Below are positions 42,859 to 52,692 of a stretch of 64,000 nt of DNA, one piece after another (positions within the stretch are counted from its first letter, which is position 1; every line of letters starts with the position of its first letter). This stretch comes from Dehalococcoidia bacterium. Its GTDB lineage: Bacteria; Chloroflexota; Dehalococcoidia; GIF9; AB-539-J10. The position numbers and the translations under genes were made by a program. Where the stretch lies: NCBI GenBank assembly GCA_021157895.1, contig JAGGVQ010000006.1:8393-72392 (forward strand), given 5' to 3'. Below the pieces are notes generated by a model, which made no database searches, was not told where the DNA came from, and saw nothing but the letters and a program-made list of their open reading frames with translations.

Positions 42859-43717
42859 CCAGGTATTTCTCCAACAATAGGTGGAGTTGTTCCCTGGTTT
42901 CTAATGGTATATCTTGTGGAGCGGTCACCAGTGCATCCTGGAGAACTGAGGGGCAGGAGCAGTTTTGCTCCTCCGGGATAAGAGGAATGGCGAGCTGTAG
43001 TATGTTCTCAGCGGCCGTAATCCCTTTCTCAAGGTTGGCTAACACTATATCCGCAGTCACCGATTTGTATTGGGGATGCCAGCAATCATAGTCTGTAACA
43101 AGAGCCAGCATGATATAGCACATCTCAGCCTCTCGGGCCAGTTTAGCTTCTGGCAATGTGGTCATCACGATGATGTCTGCGCCCCATTCTCGATACATGT
43201 GTGATTCAGCACGGGTGGAAAACTGGGGTCCTTCCATCACTAAGCAGGTGCCTCCATTGTGAAAGTTGGCGTTGGCCCTTCTAGCTGCTTGCTCAAGCGC
43301 ATGTCGCAACTCGGGGCAGAAAGGCTCAGCTAAGGCAATATGTGCCACCGCTCCATTGGTGAAAAAGGTATTGTTCCTGTTACTGGTGTGGTCAATAAGC
43401 TGGTCCGGGATAACGATATCCAGGGGGTGGATATCTTCTCTGAGACTGCCCACGGCACTTACGGCAATGACTCTTTCCACGCCCAGGGACTTAAGGGCGT
43501 AGATATTAGCCAGGGCTGGTAATTCGCTGGGACTTATACGGTGCCTCCTACCATGTCGGGGAAGAAAAGCAACCCGTCTTCCCTGAATGGTGCCAATAGT
43601 TATAATATCACTGGGCGCACCAAATGGGGTAACTATATCTGCCTCCTCCACATCCTCTAATCCCTCCAAGTGATACAGTCCGCTGCCACCAATGATTGCT
43701 ATATCAGCATCAGGCAT
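42839..43717 (-). CDS. mtnP: S-methyl-5'-thioadenosine phosphorylase.
   Basis: PNP/MTAP fold with an N-terminal IAIIGGSGL. A Cys-containing C-terminal extension is present. Confidence 0.85.
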   Translation of the reverse strand: MPDADIAIIGGSGLYHLEGLEDVEEADIVTPFGAPSDIITIGTIQGRRVAFLPRHGRRHRISPSELPALANIYALKSLGVERVIAVSAVGSLREDIHPLDIVIPDQLIDHTSNRNNTFFTNGAVAHIALAEPFCPELRHALEQAARRANANFHNGGTCLVMEGPQFSTRAESHMYREWGADIIVMTTLPEAKLAREAEMCYIMLALVTDYDCWHPQYKSVTADIVLANLEKGITAAENILQLAIPLIPEEQNCSCPSVLQDALVTAPQDIPLETREQLHLLLEKYLDGGNNV

Positions 43718-43821
43718 AAACTTCCCTAATTATACCTGTATGGTGATATTTAGCAAGGATTTGCTCGAGTGGCATCAAGTTTGCCTGGTATCTCCTTTCG
43801 AGGGCCAGTTCTTTTCTCTCG

Positions 43822-44013
43822 TTATTCTTGTTTCCGGAAGGGTTTTCCTGGCACCTGCAGGTTGAATCCAGTTTTTGAGGCGAAGTTGGATATCAGCTTC
43901 TCTCCCTCGGCATTGCATATAGGGCAATAAGCAGGTTTGTTGAAGTCAGAAAAGGGCCGCTTGAGCTCAAATTCCTTCTTGCATTTGGGGCACCAATACT
44001 CATATGTAGGCAT
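43822..44013 (-). CDS. FmdB-family zinc-ribbon protein.
   Basis: MPTYEYWCPKC...CPIC pattern in a 63-aa protein. Confidence 0.8.
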   Translation of the reverse strand: MPTYEYWCPKCKKEFELKRPFSDFNKPAYCPICNAEGEKLISNFASKTGFNLQVPGKPFRKQE

Positions 44014-44028
44014 ATCACAACCTCCTTA

Positions 44029-45069
44029 TCAGATTTCCTTGACTACCATGTTTGGCAAAGCCTGTTTATACGGTGATTTAATTATACCCCTTTCGGTGAT
44101 GATGGCGCTAACGTAGTTATGTGGTGTTATGTCGAAAGAGGGGTTCAGGGCTACAGTTCCCCGCGGTGCAATGCGGGTGCCAGAGAAGAGAGTTACCTCC
44201 TCGGGATTCCTGTGTTCAATGGATATCTGATCTCCTGTTGTCATTGTGAGGTCAAAGGTGCTTGTTGGGGCTGCAACATAAAAGGGAATGCTATTCTCCT
44301 GGGCTAACACTGCCAGGGAATAGGTGCCGATCTTGTTGGCGGTATCGCCATTGGCAGCGATTCTGTCAGCGCCAACAATAACACAATTGATTTTCTTCTG
44401 GTGCATGAGATATCCTGCCATGGAGTCGGTAATCAATGTGGCAGGAATATTTTCTTGCTGTAGCTCCCATATGGTAAGTCGTGCTCCCTGGAGAAGGGGA
44501 CGGGTTTCCGTGGCGATAACATCTACCTTTTTTCCTTGCTTTACGGCGGTCTTGATTATGCCCAGGGCAGTGCCATAACCACCTGTTGCCAGGGAACCGG
44601 TGTTGCAATGGGTGAGTATGGTAAAGTCATCGCTGATAAGCTCAGCGCCGAACTGGCTCAGTTGTCTGCTGGCGGCAATTTCCTCATGGTGAATGCTTGT
44701 GGCTTCATGCCGCAGTGCGCTGTTTATGTCATATATGGATTCTCGGCTGGCGGCTGCTTTTGTCATCCGGGCGAGAACGTGGAACAGGTTTACGGCTGTT
44801 GGTCTGGTCGCGGCGAAGGTCTGCATAATCAGATTTAGCTGTGTGATGAACTCGGTGGGAGAGCTTGTCCTTATGCCCTGTGCTCCCAGCACGATGCCAT
44901 AGGCGGCAACGATGCCAATGGCTGGGGCTCCTCGCACTTTCATCTCTCTAATGGTTGAAGCTACATCTTGATAACTGGATAGCTCCAAGTATCTTTCCTG
45001 CCAGGGAAGAGCGCTTTGGTCTAATATCCTTAGCTTGTTATCCTGCCACTCTATGGCGCGAATCACCAT
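44029..45069 (-). CDS. mtnA: Methylthioribose-1-phosphate isomerase.
   Basis: eIF-2B/MtnA family signature (GAPAIGIVAAYG...) and full length. Confidence 0.85.
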   Translation of the reverse strand: MVIRAIEWQDNKLRILDQSALPWQERYLELSSYQDVASTIREMKVRGAPAIGIVAAYGIVLGAQGIRTSSPTEFITQLNLIMQTFAATRPTAVNLFHVLARMTKAAASRESIYDINSALRHEATSIHHEEIAASRQLSQFGAELISDDFTILTHCNTGSLATGGYGTALGIIKTAVKQGKKVDVIATETRPLLQGARLTIWELQQENIPATLITDSMAGYLMHQKKINCVIVGADRIAANGDTANKIGTYSLAVLAQENSIPFYVAAPTSTFDLTMTTGDQISIEHRNPEEVTLFSGTRIAPRGTVALNPSFDITPHNYVSAIITERGIIKSPYKQALPNMVVKEI

Positions 45070-45182
45070 TTGTCCTGCGAAGCCATAATAGTATAATAGA
45101 AATCGCAGCCATAGATGAAATTAGCGACATTATCTGACGCCGAGCATTAAGGCTTGAATATTGTAAAAGGAGATGAAATAAC

Positions 45183-46517
45183 ATGAGAGTTTGTATCGTA
45201 GGTGGGGGTGGGGGTGCCAGTAATGCTGTTAATGTAATTCACAATCTGGATGGTGAATCACAAATTGATGTGTTCGATAAGCGGGGGGAAATAGGTTATG
45301 AGCCATGTGAGATTCCTCAGGTATTGAATGGGTTTTTGCCTGCCTGGCAGGATATAACAGTATTCCGACCGAAATATTACCGGGACAGGAATACCACGGT
45401 GCACCTTAATACTGAGGTCACCGATATTATTCCTGGGGAAAAATGTATAGTGGCTGGCGGCCAGAGCTACGGCTACGATAAGCTTATACTGGACCTTGGC
45501 TCTGTCTCGGTTATCCCTCCTATTCCTGGGCTGGATGGCAGGAATGAATTTATGTTGGATACCAGCCTGGAGACTGCCAGGTTGTTCCAAGAGGCTGTGC
45601 CCAATTATTCTACTGCGGCTATTGTGGGTGCCGGGCAAATTGGTGTGGAGGCAGCAGCGGTGCTGAAGAGTCGGGGTTACAAAAACATATATATGCTGGC
45701 GAGGCACGGCAGCACTTTCCGAGCACAGCTAGATAAGGAGATGTCGGCAGTTATAGAGCGTAGAATAGAAGGAGAGGGAATAGAGTTGATACTGTCGTCT
45801 GATATTCAGGGCATAAGTAGTCGTGGCGACAGAAAGATTGTATCTCTCCCTGGCAGGGAGTTAGAAGTTGACCTGGTATTCTTTGCCACTGGAGCGAAGC
45901 CCAATGTGGACCTGGCGCGGAGAGCGGGCATCAGGATCGGGGAAACAGGGGCTATTGCTGTGAATACCTATTTGCAGACCAGTGAGCCTGATATTTATGC
46001 CATCGGTGATTGTATGGAGAACTGGGATAGAGTTACAGGAACAACGAGAATTTATCAAACCGCTACATCGGGAGCTACTGAGGGCAGGATAGCGGCGAAT
46101 AACTTGATGCTGGGCGATGTTTTGCCACACCAGGGCACGGTGATGACATTTATTACTGATGTCTTTGGATATGAGGTGGGGGCAGTGGGTTTCACTGAGA
46201 CCAGTGCTAAGAATCTTGGCTTTGACATTGTCTCACATGTTATGAGGACAGCAACCAGGCGGCGTTCTTATGGTGGTAAGAGAATACATATCAAGCTTGT
46301 TGCTGATCACAAGACCCAAACGTTGATGGGAGCCCAGATTATCTCACCTGAAATGGTGGCCGGTAAGCTTGATAGACTTGCCCTGGCTATTGCAGAGCGG
46401 GTACCTATCCCAGAGTTAGCCCTGATTGATACCTGTTATTCCCCAACAGTGGGATCAGCCTATGAGTCGACCGTTATGGCGCTGGACCAGCTGATGGCCA
46501 AACTCAGGGAGAAGTAG
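45183..46517 (+). CDS. FAD-dependent pyridine nucleotide-disulfide oxidoreductase (CoA-disulfide reductase/NADH oxidase-like, single active-site Cys).
   Basis: GGGGGASNA FAD motif, a PCEIP single-Cys motif and a second Rossmann fold. Confidence 0.75.
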   Translation: MRVCIVGGGGGASNAVNVIHNLDGESQIDVFDKRGEIGYEPCEIPQVLNGFLPAWQDITVFRPKYYRDRNTTVHLNTEVTDIIPGEKCIVAGGQSYGYDKLILDLGSVSVIPPIPGLDGRNEFMLDTSLETARLFQEAVPNYSTAAIVGAGQIGVEAAAVLKSRGYKNIYMLARHGSTFRAQLDKEMSAVIERRIEGEGIELILSSDIQGISSRGDRKIVSLPGRELEVDLVFFATGAKPNVDLARRAGIRIGETGAIAVNTYLQTSEPDIYAIGDCMENWDRVTGTTRIYQTATSGATEGRIAANNLMLGDVLPHQGTVMTFITDVFGYEVGAVGFTETSAKNLGFDIVSHVMRTATRRRSYGGKRIHIKLVADHKTQTLMGAQIISPEMVAGKLDRLALAIAERVPIPELALIDTCYSPTVGSAYESTVMALDQLMAKLREK

Positions 46518-46522
46518 CAGCG

Positions 46523-46816
46523 ATGAATGTAGGTGTGTGTAAATTGGAGCTACGCCTTCCTGAGAATCAATCACTTAAGGGCAAGAGGCGGGTAGTTAAG
46601 TCTATTGTTGCTCGACTGCAGAATGAATATAATGTTTCTGTAGCTGAGATTGACAACCAGGAATTGTGGCAATTAGCTACACTGGGCATTAGCTGTGTTA
46701 GTAATCACAGGATGCACGCTGATGAGATGCTGTCCCAGGCTGTGAAATATGTTGCCCGGAATTATCCTGATGTGGAGATGCTAGGCTCTGAACGTGAGGT
46801 TTTTCCCGCCCTGTGA
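46523..46816 (+). CDS. DUF503-family protein (YlxP-like).
   Basis: MNVGVCKLELRLPENQSLKGKRRVVKSI pattern; 97 aa. Confidence 0.7.
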   Translation: MNVGVCKLELRLPENQSLKGKRRVVKSIVARLQNEYNVSVAEIDNQELWQLATLGISCVSNHRMHADEMLSQAVKYVARNYPDVEMLGSEREVFPAL

Positions 46817-46819
46817 AAG

Positions 46820-49105
46820 TTGATGGACGTTGTTGCCTTCCTGCATAATCTCATCGCTTTACATAACTACAAAGACCAGATTATCCATACTGAGCATGTG
46901 CTTCCCGGAGACGCCAGTTTTGGTAAGCTGAATCGCCCACTTGCAGATGTATTGCAGACACGGTTGGATTCTTTGGGGTTGCCTCATCTTTATAGACACC
47001 AGGCGGAGGCGCTAAATGCTATTGATGCTGGCGATAATGTGATAGTGTCTACGCCCAGTGCCAGCGGCAAGAGCCTGGTGTATCAGTTGGCGACGCTGGA
47101 TGCCATGCTGTCTGATTACAATAGCTGTGCCCTGTATCTTTTTCCTACTAAAGCACTGGCTCAGGATCAGATACGTAGTTTGCAGGAAATGGCTTGTCCT
47201 GACCTGTTGCCTCTTCGTGCTATTGCTACTTTTGATGGTGATACTCCTTCTGCTCTCAGGAGTAGTATTAGAAGGCAGGCCAGAATAGTGGTGACCAACC
47301 CGGATATGCTGCACTTTGGTATTTTGCCCAACCATCAGTCATGGTCTCGATTGTTGCGCCACCTCAAGTATGTAGTGATCGATGAGGCTCATGTGTATCG
47401 TGGTGTTTTTGGTTCGCATGTGGCTAACATCCTGCGGAGGTTACAGCGTATTTGTGCTTTATATGGAGCGCATCCTCAATTTATCTGTTGTTCCGCCACT
47501 ATAGCCAATCCTCAACAGCATGCGCAGGCCCTTGTGGGATTGCCTGTTACTCCTGTTGCCCGTGACGCATCTCCCCATGGGGAAAGATATTTTGTTTTTT
47601 GGAATCCGCCCTTTATCGATGAGGCTGACAACAATAGGGCTAGCTCGAATGAGGAGGCCGCCTTTCTTCTCAGCGAGCTAGTTAAGAACGATATCCGTAG
47701 TCTGGTGTTTACCCGTACCCGCAGACTTACTGAACTTATTTATCTGTATGCTCGTAATCGATTGTCACCTTCTATGGGGCGGCTCATTGCCCCGTATCGT
47801 GCTGGATATCTTCCTGAGGAGAGAAGGGAAATTGAGCATCAGATTTTTACCGGCTCCCTGACTGGGCTGGTGGCAACAACGGCATTGGAGCTGGGAATTG
47901 ATATTGGGGATCTGGATGCTACCGTGCTCACAGGGTATCCTGGTAGCATTGCCAGCGTATGGCAGCAAGCAGGACGCAGCGGGCGCAGTGATTGTCCTGC
48001 CCTGAGCTTGCTCATCGCTGCTGATAATCCTCTGGATCAATATATCATGACTCACCCGCATTTCCTTTTTAGCGGGAATTTCGAGCGTGCCCTGATCGAT
48101 CCTGATAATCACTATATTTTAAGTGAACATTTGATCTGTGCTGCCTGGGAGAGACCGTTAACCGACAAAGACGAACAAGTTTTTGGCTCTCAGTTCCAGT
48201 CAATTGTAAGTAGTTTGGAACAAGAGGGGAGATTAAGGCAGCGACGCAAGTTGTGGTATCTATCACCAGCAACAGACTATCCTGCTCGGAATGTCAACAT
48301 CAGGTCTAGCTCGGGAAGAAATTACGCCATTATTGATATGGACAGCAACACGATAATGGAAACAGTGGAAGCCAGTGTTGCCTTTTCCCAGGTGCATCCT
48401 GGGGCTATTTACCTGCATCGTGGCGAGTCTTATATGATAACTGAGCTTGATATAGCTTCACGTGTTGCAGTGGCAACACCCAGTGCAGGGGATTACTATA
48501 CTCAGGCCAGGGAGACAACTGATCTGAGGATTGTTACTCTAAATAGGAAGAAGGAATGTCATGGGGTACAGGTGTGTTTTGGTGATGTTAATGTCACCAC
48601 CACCGTTGTCTCATTTAGTAAGAGAAAACAGTTTACTGCGGAGGTTATTGAGGAACAACCACTTGATTTGCCATCACAAAGTTTTGTTACCAAGGCCTTG
48701 TGGTTTGATCTACCGGAAGACGCGGTGCGTCTTATCGCTCAGGAAGGCCGGGATTTCTATGGTGGCATACATGCTTGTGAGCATGCTGCTATTGGTGTTT
48801 TGCCGCTGTTTGCTCTCTGCGACAGGAATGATATTGGAGGCGTCTCCACTCCCTTGCACCCTGACACGGGGAAGGCGCAGATATTCATCTACGATGCTTA
48901 TCCCGGGGGCGTTGGTATAGTTGAAAGAGGCTATGAACTGGTAGCACAGTTGTGGCAGGCTACGCTGGATGTAGTGAGTGGATGTCCTTGTTCTGACGGT
49001 TGTCCCAGGTGTATTCAATCACCAAAGTGTGGCAATAATAACCAGCCCCTGGATAAGAAGGCATCCATAATGTTGCTACGACTTCTGGTTGCCTGCCAGT
49101 GCTGA
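46820..49105 (+). CDS. DEAD/DEAH-box helicase with a C-terminal DUF1998 zinc domain (MrfA/YprA-like).
   Basis: Walker A SASGKS, a DEAH box (VIDEAH), helicase-C QQAGRSGR and a C-terminal CPCSDGCPRC...C cluster. Confidence 0.85.
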   Translation: MMDVVAFLHNLIALHNYKDQIIHTEHVLPGDASFGKLNRPLADVLQTRLDSLGLPHLYRHQAEALNAIDAGDNVIVSTPSASGKSLVYQLATLDAMLSDYNSCALYLFPTKALAQDQIRSLQEMACPDLLPLRAIATFDGDTPSALRSSIRRQARIVVTNPDMLHFGILPNHQSWSRLLRHLKYVVIDEAHVYRGVFGSHVANILRRLQRICALYGAHPQFICCSATIANPQQHAQALVGLPVTPVARDASPHGERYFVFWNPPFIDEADNNRASSNEEAAFLLSELVKNDIRSLVFTRTRRLTELIYLYARNRLSPSMGRLIAPYRAGYLPEERREIEHQIFTGSLTGLVATTALELGIDIGDLDATVLTGYPGSIASVWQQAGRSGRSDCPALSLLIAADNPLDQYIMTHPHFLFSGNFERALIDPDNHYILSEHLICAAWERPLTDKDEQVFGSQFQSIVSSLEQEGRLRQRRKLWYLSPATDYPARNVNIRSSSGRNYAIIDMDSNTIMETVEASVAFSQVHPGAIYLHRGESYMITELDIASRVAVATPSAGDYYTQARETTDLRIVTLNRKKECHGVQVCFGDVNVTTTVVSFSKRKQFTAEVIEEQPLDLPSQSFVTKALWFDLPEDAVRLIAQEGRDFYGGIHACEHAAIGVLPLFALCDRNDIGGVSTPLHPDTGKAQIFIYDAYPGGVGIVERGYELVAQLWQATLDVVSGCPCSDGCPRCIQSPKCGNNNQPLDKKASIMLLRLLVACQC

Positions 49106-49134
49106 AACTAAATGCAACAATGTTGCATTTAGTT
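49106..49134 (+). promoter_or_regulatory. Perfect 29-bp palindrome (14-1-14): AACTAAATGCAACA A TGTTGCATTTAGTT. Putative operator of the downstream Fur-family gene.
   Basis: Perfect dyad around a single-nucleotide centre, 24 nt upstream of the Fur-family start. No T-run follows, so it is unlikely to be a terminator. Confidence 0.55.
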
Positions 49135-49157
49135 GTGTCTGGTGGTATCCTCTCTTC

Positions 49158-49613
49158 ATGGTTCAAGAGGCAATGGGGGAATTGAGAGGTCAGGGATATA
49201 AGGTGACCCGGTCCCGTCGGCTGGTGATGGAAGTTCTCGATAAAGTTGATAAGCCTCTCTCTCCATATGATATACAGCGCTTGTTGCAGCAACAGGGAGA
49301 AGCTCTTAATCACGTGACTATCTACCGCACGCTTGACTTGCTGTGTCGTTTAAATTTAGCTCATCGTGTGCTGCTCAGCGGTGGATTTATTCGTTGTGCT
49401 TTAAGTCCCCAGGGAGGGTGTCATCGCTTTATGGTTTGCCGGGGGTGTGGCAGTATTCGAGAATTTATTGATGATGCCTTGTGTCACGAAGAAAGTGGAA
49501 TAACACGGACTCTTGGTTTTCATACGGAGCATCATTATTCTGAATCTTTAGGCCTTTGTTCCGATTGCTACCGTAAGCAGTTAGAGGAAGATAGTACTTA
49601 TAACCGGATGTGA
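49158..49613 (+). CDS. Fur-family metalloregulator (Fur/Zur/PerR type).
   Basis: A winged-HTH N-terminus and a C-terminal CxxC...CxxC pattern (CRGCG...CSDC). The start is taken at MVQEAMGEL; the track extension across the palindrome is rejected. Confidence 0.8.
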   Translation: MVQEAMGELRGQGYKVTRSRRLVMEVLDKVDKPLSPYDIQRLLQQQGEALNHVTIYRTLDLLCRLNLAHRVLLSGGFIRCALSPQGGCHRFMVCRGCGSIREFIDDALCHEESGITRTLGFHTEHHYSESLGLCSDCYRKQLEEDSTYNRM

Positions 49614-49623
49614 GGAATATCAG

Positions 49624-50274
49624 TTGGCGAAGAGAATACTTGAAGAGTTAGCCAGGCATGCTCCTTTTACCGGTATTGGTGCTTTGACTGGCATTATAAT
49701 CATGCTGGCAATAACTCTGGGAGGGTTTCTTCCTCAGGTTACCCCTGTTTCTCAGAATGTGTTTTATGTTTTGCACCCGACACATGTTTTCTTGAGTGCG
49801 GTAGTCACGACGGCCATGTACATGAAATATGGGAAAAGGAAGCTCTGGCTGGCAATTCTGATTGGTTTCACCGGGTCTATTGGGATTGCTACATTGAGTG
49901 ACTCTGCCATTCCTTATCTGGGGGAAACTTTGCTGGGATTACCCAACAGAGGTATTCATGTAGGATTTATTGAAAAGCCGTGGCTGACGAATCCTGCAGC
50001 AGCGATAGGCATTGTTCTGGGATATTACCAGTGGACGGCAAAATCTATCACCAAGTTTCCTCACTTTGGGCATGTGCTAATCAGTACCTGGGCCTCGTTG
50101 TTTCATGTGATCATGGCGCTGGGTTCGAGCTGGAGCTGGTTACAGATGGTGATTGTCCTTGGTTTTCTTTTTTTATCTGTCTGGATACCATGTTGTACCA
50201 GCGACATTATATATCCTCTGCTTTTCTCGCGCCGGAGATGGGATTCAGATATACTTCTAACGCACGACCTATAA
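49624..50274 (+). CDS. Uncharacterised polytopic membrane protein with several His-containing motifs (HPTH, FPHFGH). Possible metal transporter.
   Basis: About 6 TM segments, lying 10 nt downstream of the Fur-family gene. Confidence 0.5.
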   Translation: MAKRILEELARHAPFTGIGALTGIIIMLAITLGGFLPQVTPVSQNVFYVLHPTHVFLSAVVTTAMYMKYGKRKLWLAILIGFTGSIGIATLSDSAIPYLGETLLGLPNRGIHVGFIEKPWLTNPAAAIGIVLGYYQWTAKSITKFPHFGHVLISTWASLFHVIMALGSSWSWLQMVIVLGFLFLSVWIPCCTSDIIYPLLFSRRRWDSDILLTHDL

Positions 50275-50373
50275 AAGGGGCAGGACCCCAGAGCCCAGTA
50301 TGCTGCAACTTGGCAAGTTCAATGGTGGCTAGGCTTGTGCTACCATTTGACCATTAATTAGAGAGGATTTGAT

Positions 50374-51282
50374 GTGTTTGGCTGGTTCAAGAGAAACGAT
50401 TTAGGACTGGAGAGAAGTGGAAGCTCTTGGCTTGGCAAAATCAACCATCTTTTTGGCCGGGCCTCTATCGGTGATGAGACCTGGGATGAGTTGGAGGAAC
50501 TGCTGGTGTTAGCTGATGTTGGTGTGAATACGGCCGCAAAGCTGGTGGAGGGAGTGAAGAGCAGGGTTAGACAAGAGGGATTGACAGAGATGTCAGGAGT
50601 CAAGGCAGTATTGAAACGGGAGATGGTGAATATGTTATGCCTTCCTCCTCTACCACAGGGGGATGATTCGGACCCCCAGGTTATACTTATGGTGGGCGTA
50701 AACGGTTCAGGCAAGACGACGAGTATTGCAAAACTCGCCTATAGTTTTACCAGCCAGGGAAAGAGAGTTGTTCTGGCAGCGGCTGATACATTTAGGGCAG
50801 CTGCCATAGACCAGCTTCAGTATTGGGGGAAGGAAGTTAATGCTGATGTCATTGCTCATCGTCCTGGAGGGGACCCTGGGGCTGTGGTGTATGATGCTAT
50901 CCAGGCAGCCCACAGTCGGCATGTCCCTGTTGTTATTATCGATACCGCGGGCCGTCTACATACCAAGTTTAACCTGATGGAAGAGTTGAAGAAGATAAAG
51001 AGGATTGCCAGCAAGCATGATATGACGGCCCCCCAGCAGGTATTGCTGGTGATGGATGCTACCACGGGGCAGAATGGTTTATTACAGGCCAGGAGTTTTG
51101 CTGATGCTGTGGGGGTGACGGGGATATTTTTGGCTAAGCTGGACAGCACAGCCAGGGGTGGGATGGCTTTTGCCATTTGTGATGAATTGCATCTTCCTAT
51201 TGTCTATATAGGCACTGGTGAAAATCTACAGGATATGGCATTGTTTGAAGCGGAAGCATTTGTCGATGCTATATTGTATTAG
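50374..51282 (+). CDS. ftsY: Signal-recognition-particle receptor FtsY.
   Basis: NG domain with GVNGSGKTT, DTAGR and full SRP-GTPase motifs. Confidence 0.95.
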   Translation: MFGWFKRNDLGLERSGSSWLGKINHLFGRASIGDETWDELEELLVLADVGVNTAAKLVEGVKSRVRQEGLTEMSGVKAVLKREMVNMLCLPPLPQGDDSDPQVILMVGVNGSGKTTSIAKLAYSFTSQGKRVVLAAADTFRAAAIDQLQYWGKEVNADVIAHRPGGDPGAVVYDAIQAAHSRHVPVVIIDTAGRLHTKFNLMEELKKIKRIASKHDMTAPQQVLLVMDATTGQNGLLQARSFADAVGVTGIFLAKLDSTARGGMAFAICDELHLPIVYIGTGENLQDMALFEAEAFVDAILY

Positions 51283-51294
51283 AGAAGGAGAGAG

Positions 51295-52692
51295 ATGTCA
51301 CAGCATATAGAGGAACATGAAATAACACAGGCGCCCTTGGATGATGGGACAGTATATAGCACCAGGAAAGGGGTGACGCCCTTTCATGTTTCTCCTGTGG
51401 AAGATTATATTCCTATAGTGGGTGAGCAGAAAATAGAGAAGCTTGAGGAGCTAGCACGTAAGCTCAAGGGAGTCAAGCTGATGGAAGTCAACTCCACGGC
51501 TGTGGGAGGAGGAGTGGCGGAAATGCTTTATTCCCAGGTGCCGTTTCTAAATGAGCTGGGGATAGAGGATTACTGGAAAATTGTCCATGGATCACCGGCT
51601 TTCTATGAAGTGACGAAAAATCTGCATAACCTGTTACAGGGTAAAAAGGGCATTCTCACACCAGACATGGTAGATATTTATTATCATACTCTTGAGGAAA
51701 CTGCCAATATCTACGCTGAGGATCACTGTAGATATAAGCCTGATGTCGAGATTATGCATGATCCCCAGCCTTTGGGTCTGGCTCGATATCTGAAACAACC
51801 TGGTGAAAAGTGGTTGTGGCGTTTTCATATTGATGTCGAGGAGGAAACTTTAGAGGAGAAACCTGCCCTGTGGGAGTTCATTACCTTTTGGGCTACTTTC
51901 TACGATGCTGTTATATTTTCAGGAGCTCACTACGTTATCGGGCGCTGGCCACTACAGAAGTATATCATTCCACCATTTATTGATCCTCTCTCCAATAAGA
52001 ATAAGGAGATGGATGCTGCCGATATCTCGCGAGTCCTGCAGAAATATAAGATAGATCCCGGTGTCCCTATCTTAGCTCAGTTAGGGAGATTTGATCCCTG
52101 GAAAGGGATTGATACCAGCATCAATGCTTATCGGCTTGCCAGAAAGGAAGAGCCGTGCCAGTTAATCGTGGCCGGCAATATGGCAGCCGACGATCCTCAG
52201 GGAGGGGAAATCTTTAATCGCCTTTGTGAAGATACCCGGGATGACCCGGGGATCCTTATCCTGCGCCTTTCTGATGATGTCGAGGAAAATGCTCTGGAGG
52301 TAAATGCTCTCCAGAGAGCAGCCAGGATAGTATTGCAGCCTTCCACCAGGGAAGGGTTCGGACTGGTGATAACTGAGGCCATGTGGAAAAACAAGCCGGT
52401 GATAACCAGGAAAGTGGGAGCTATACCTCTCCAAGTTCGCAATGGGGAGACGGGGTTCTTCATCAACTCCACAAAGAAGGCTGCAGGGAGGATAGTGACC
52501 CTGTTGAGAAATCCTGAGATGGCAGACGAGGTAGGCAGGAAAGCCCATGATTATGTGAGGGACCATTTTCTCATGCCGGACAGAGTGGCGGACTACCTCA
52601 GGGTGGTCAACTATTTTGTCAATGGCGAGGTAGATGTAGATTCTATAACCAGTTATCACCCCTGGTATAAGTTGGAGAAGAGAAGGACGTAA
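51295..52692 (+). CDS. GT4-family glycosyltransferase, TreT-like (trehalose glycosyltransferring synthase-like).
   Basis: NSTAVGGGVAE N-terminal motif and a C-terminal GT-B E-x7-E region. Confidence 0.55.
   Translation: MSQHIEEHEITQAPLDDGTVYSTRKGVTPFHVSPVEDYIPIVGEQKIEKLEELARKLKGVKLMEVNSTAVGGGVAEMLYSQVPFLNELGIEDYWKIVHGSPAFYEVTKNLHNLLQGKKGILTPDMVDIYYHTLEETANIYAEDHCRYKPDVEIMHDPQPLGLARYLKQPGEKWLWRFHIDVEEETLEEKPALWEFITFWATFYDAVIFSGAHYVIGRWPLQKYIIPPFIDPLSNKNKEMDAADISRVLQKYKIDPGVPILAQLGRFDPWKGIDTSINAYRLARKEEPCQLIVAGNMAADDPQGGEIFNRLCEDTRDDPGILILRLSDDVEENALEVNALQRAARIVLQPSTREGFGLVITEAMWKNKPVITRKVGAIPLQVRNGETGFFINSTKKAAGRIVTLLRNPEMADEVGRKAHDYVRDHFLMPDRVADYLRVVNYFVNGEVDVDSITSYHPWYKLEKRRT

Noticed and set aside
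49089-49157. Upstream extension of the Fur-family ORF.
   Set aside because: It translates the 29-bp palindrome and overlaps the helicase stop. The Fur-like sequence begins at MVQEAMGEL.
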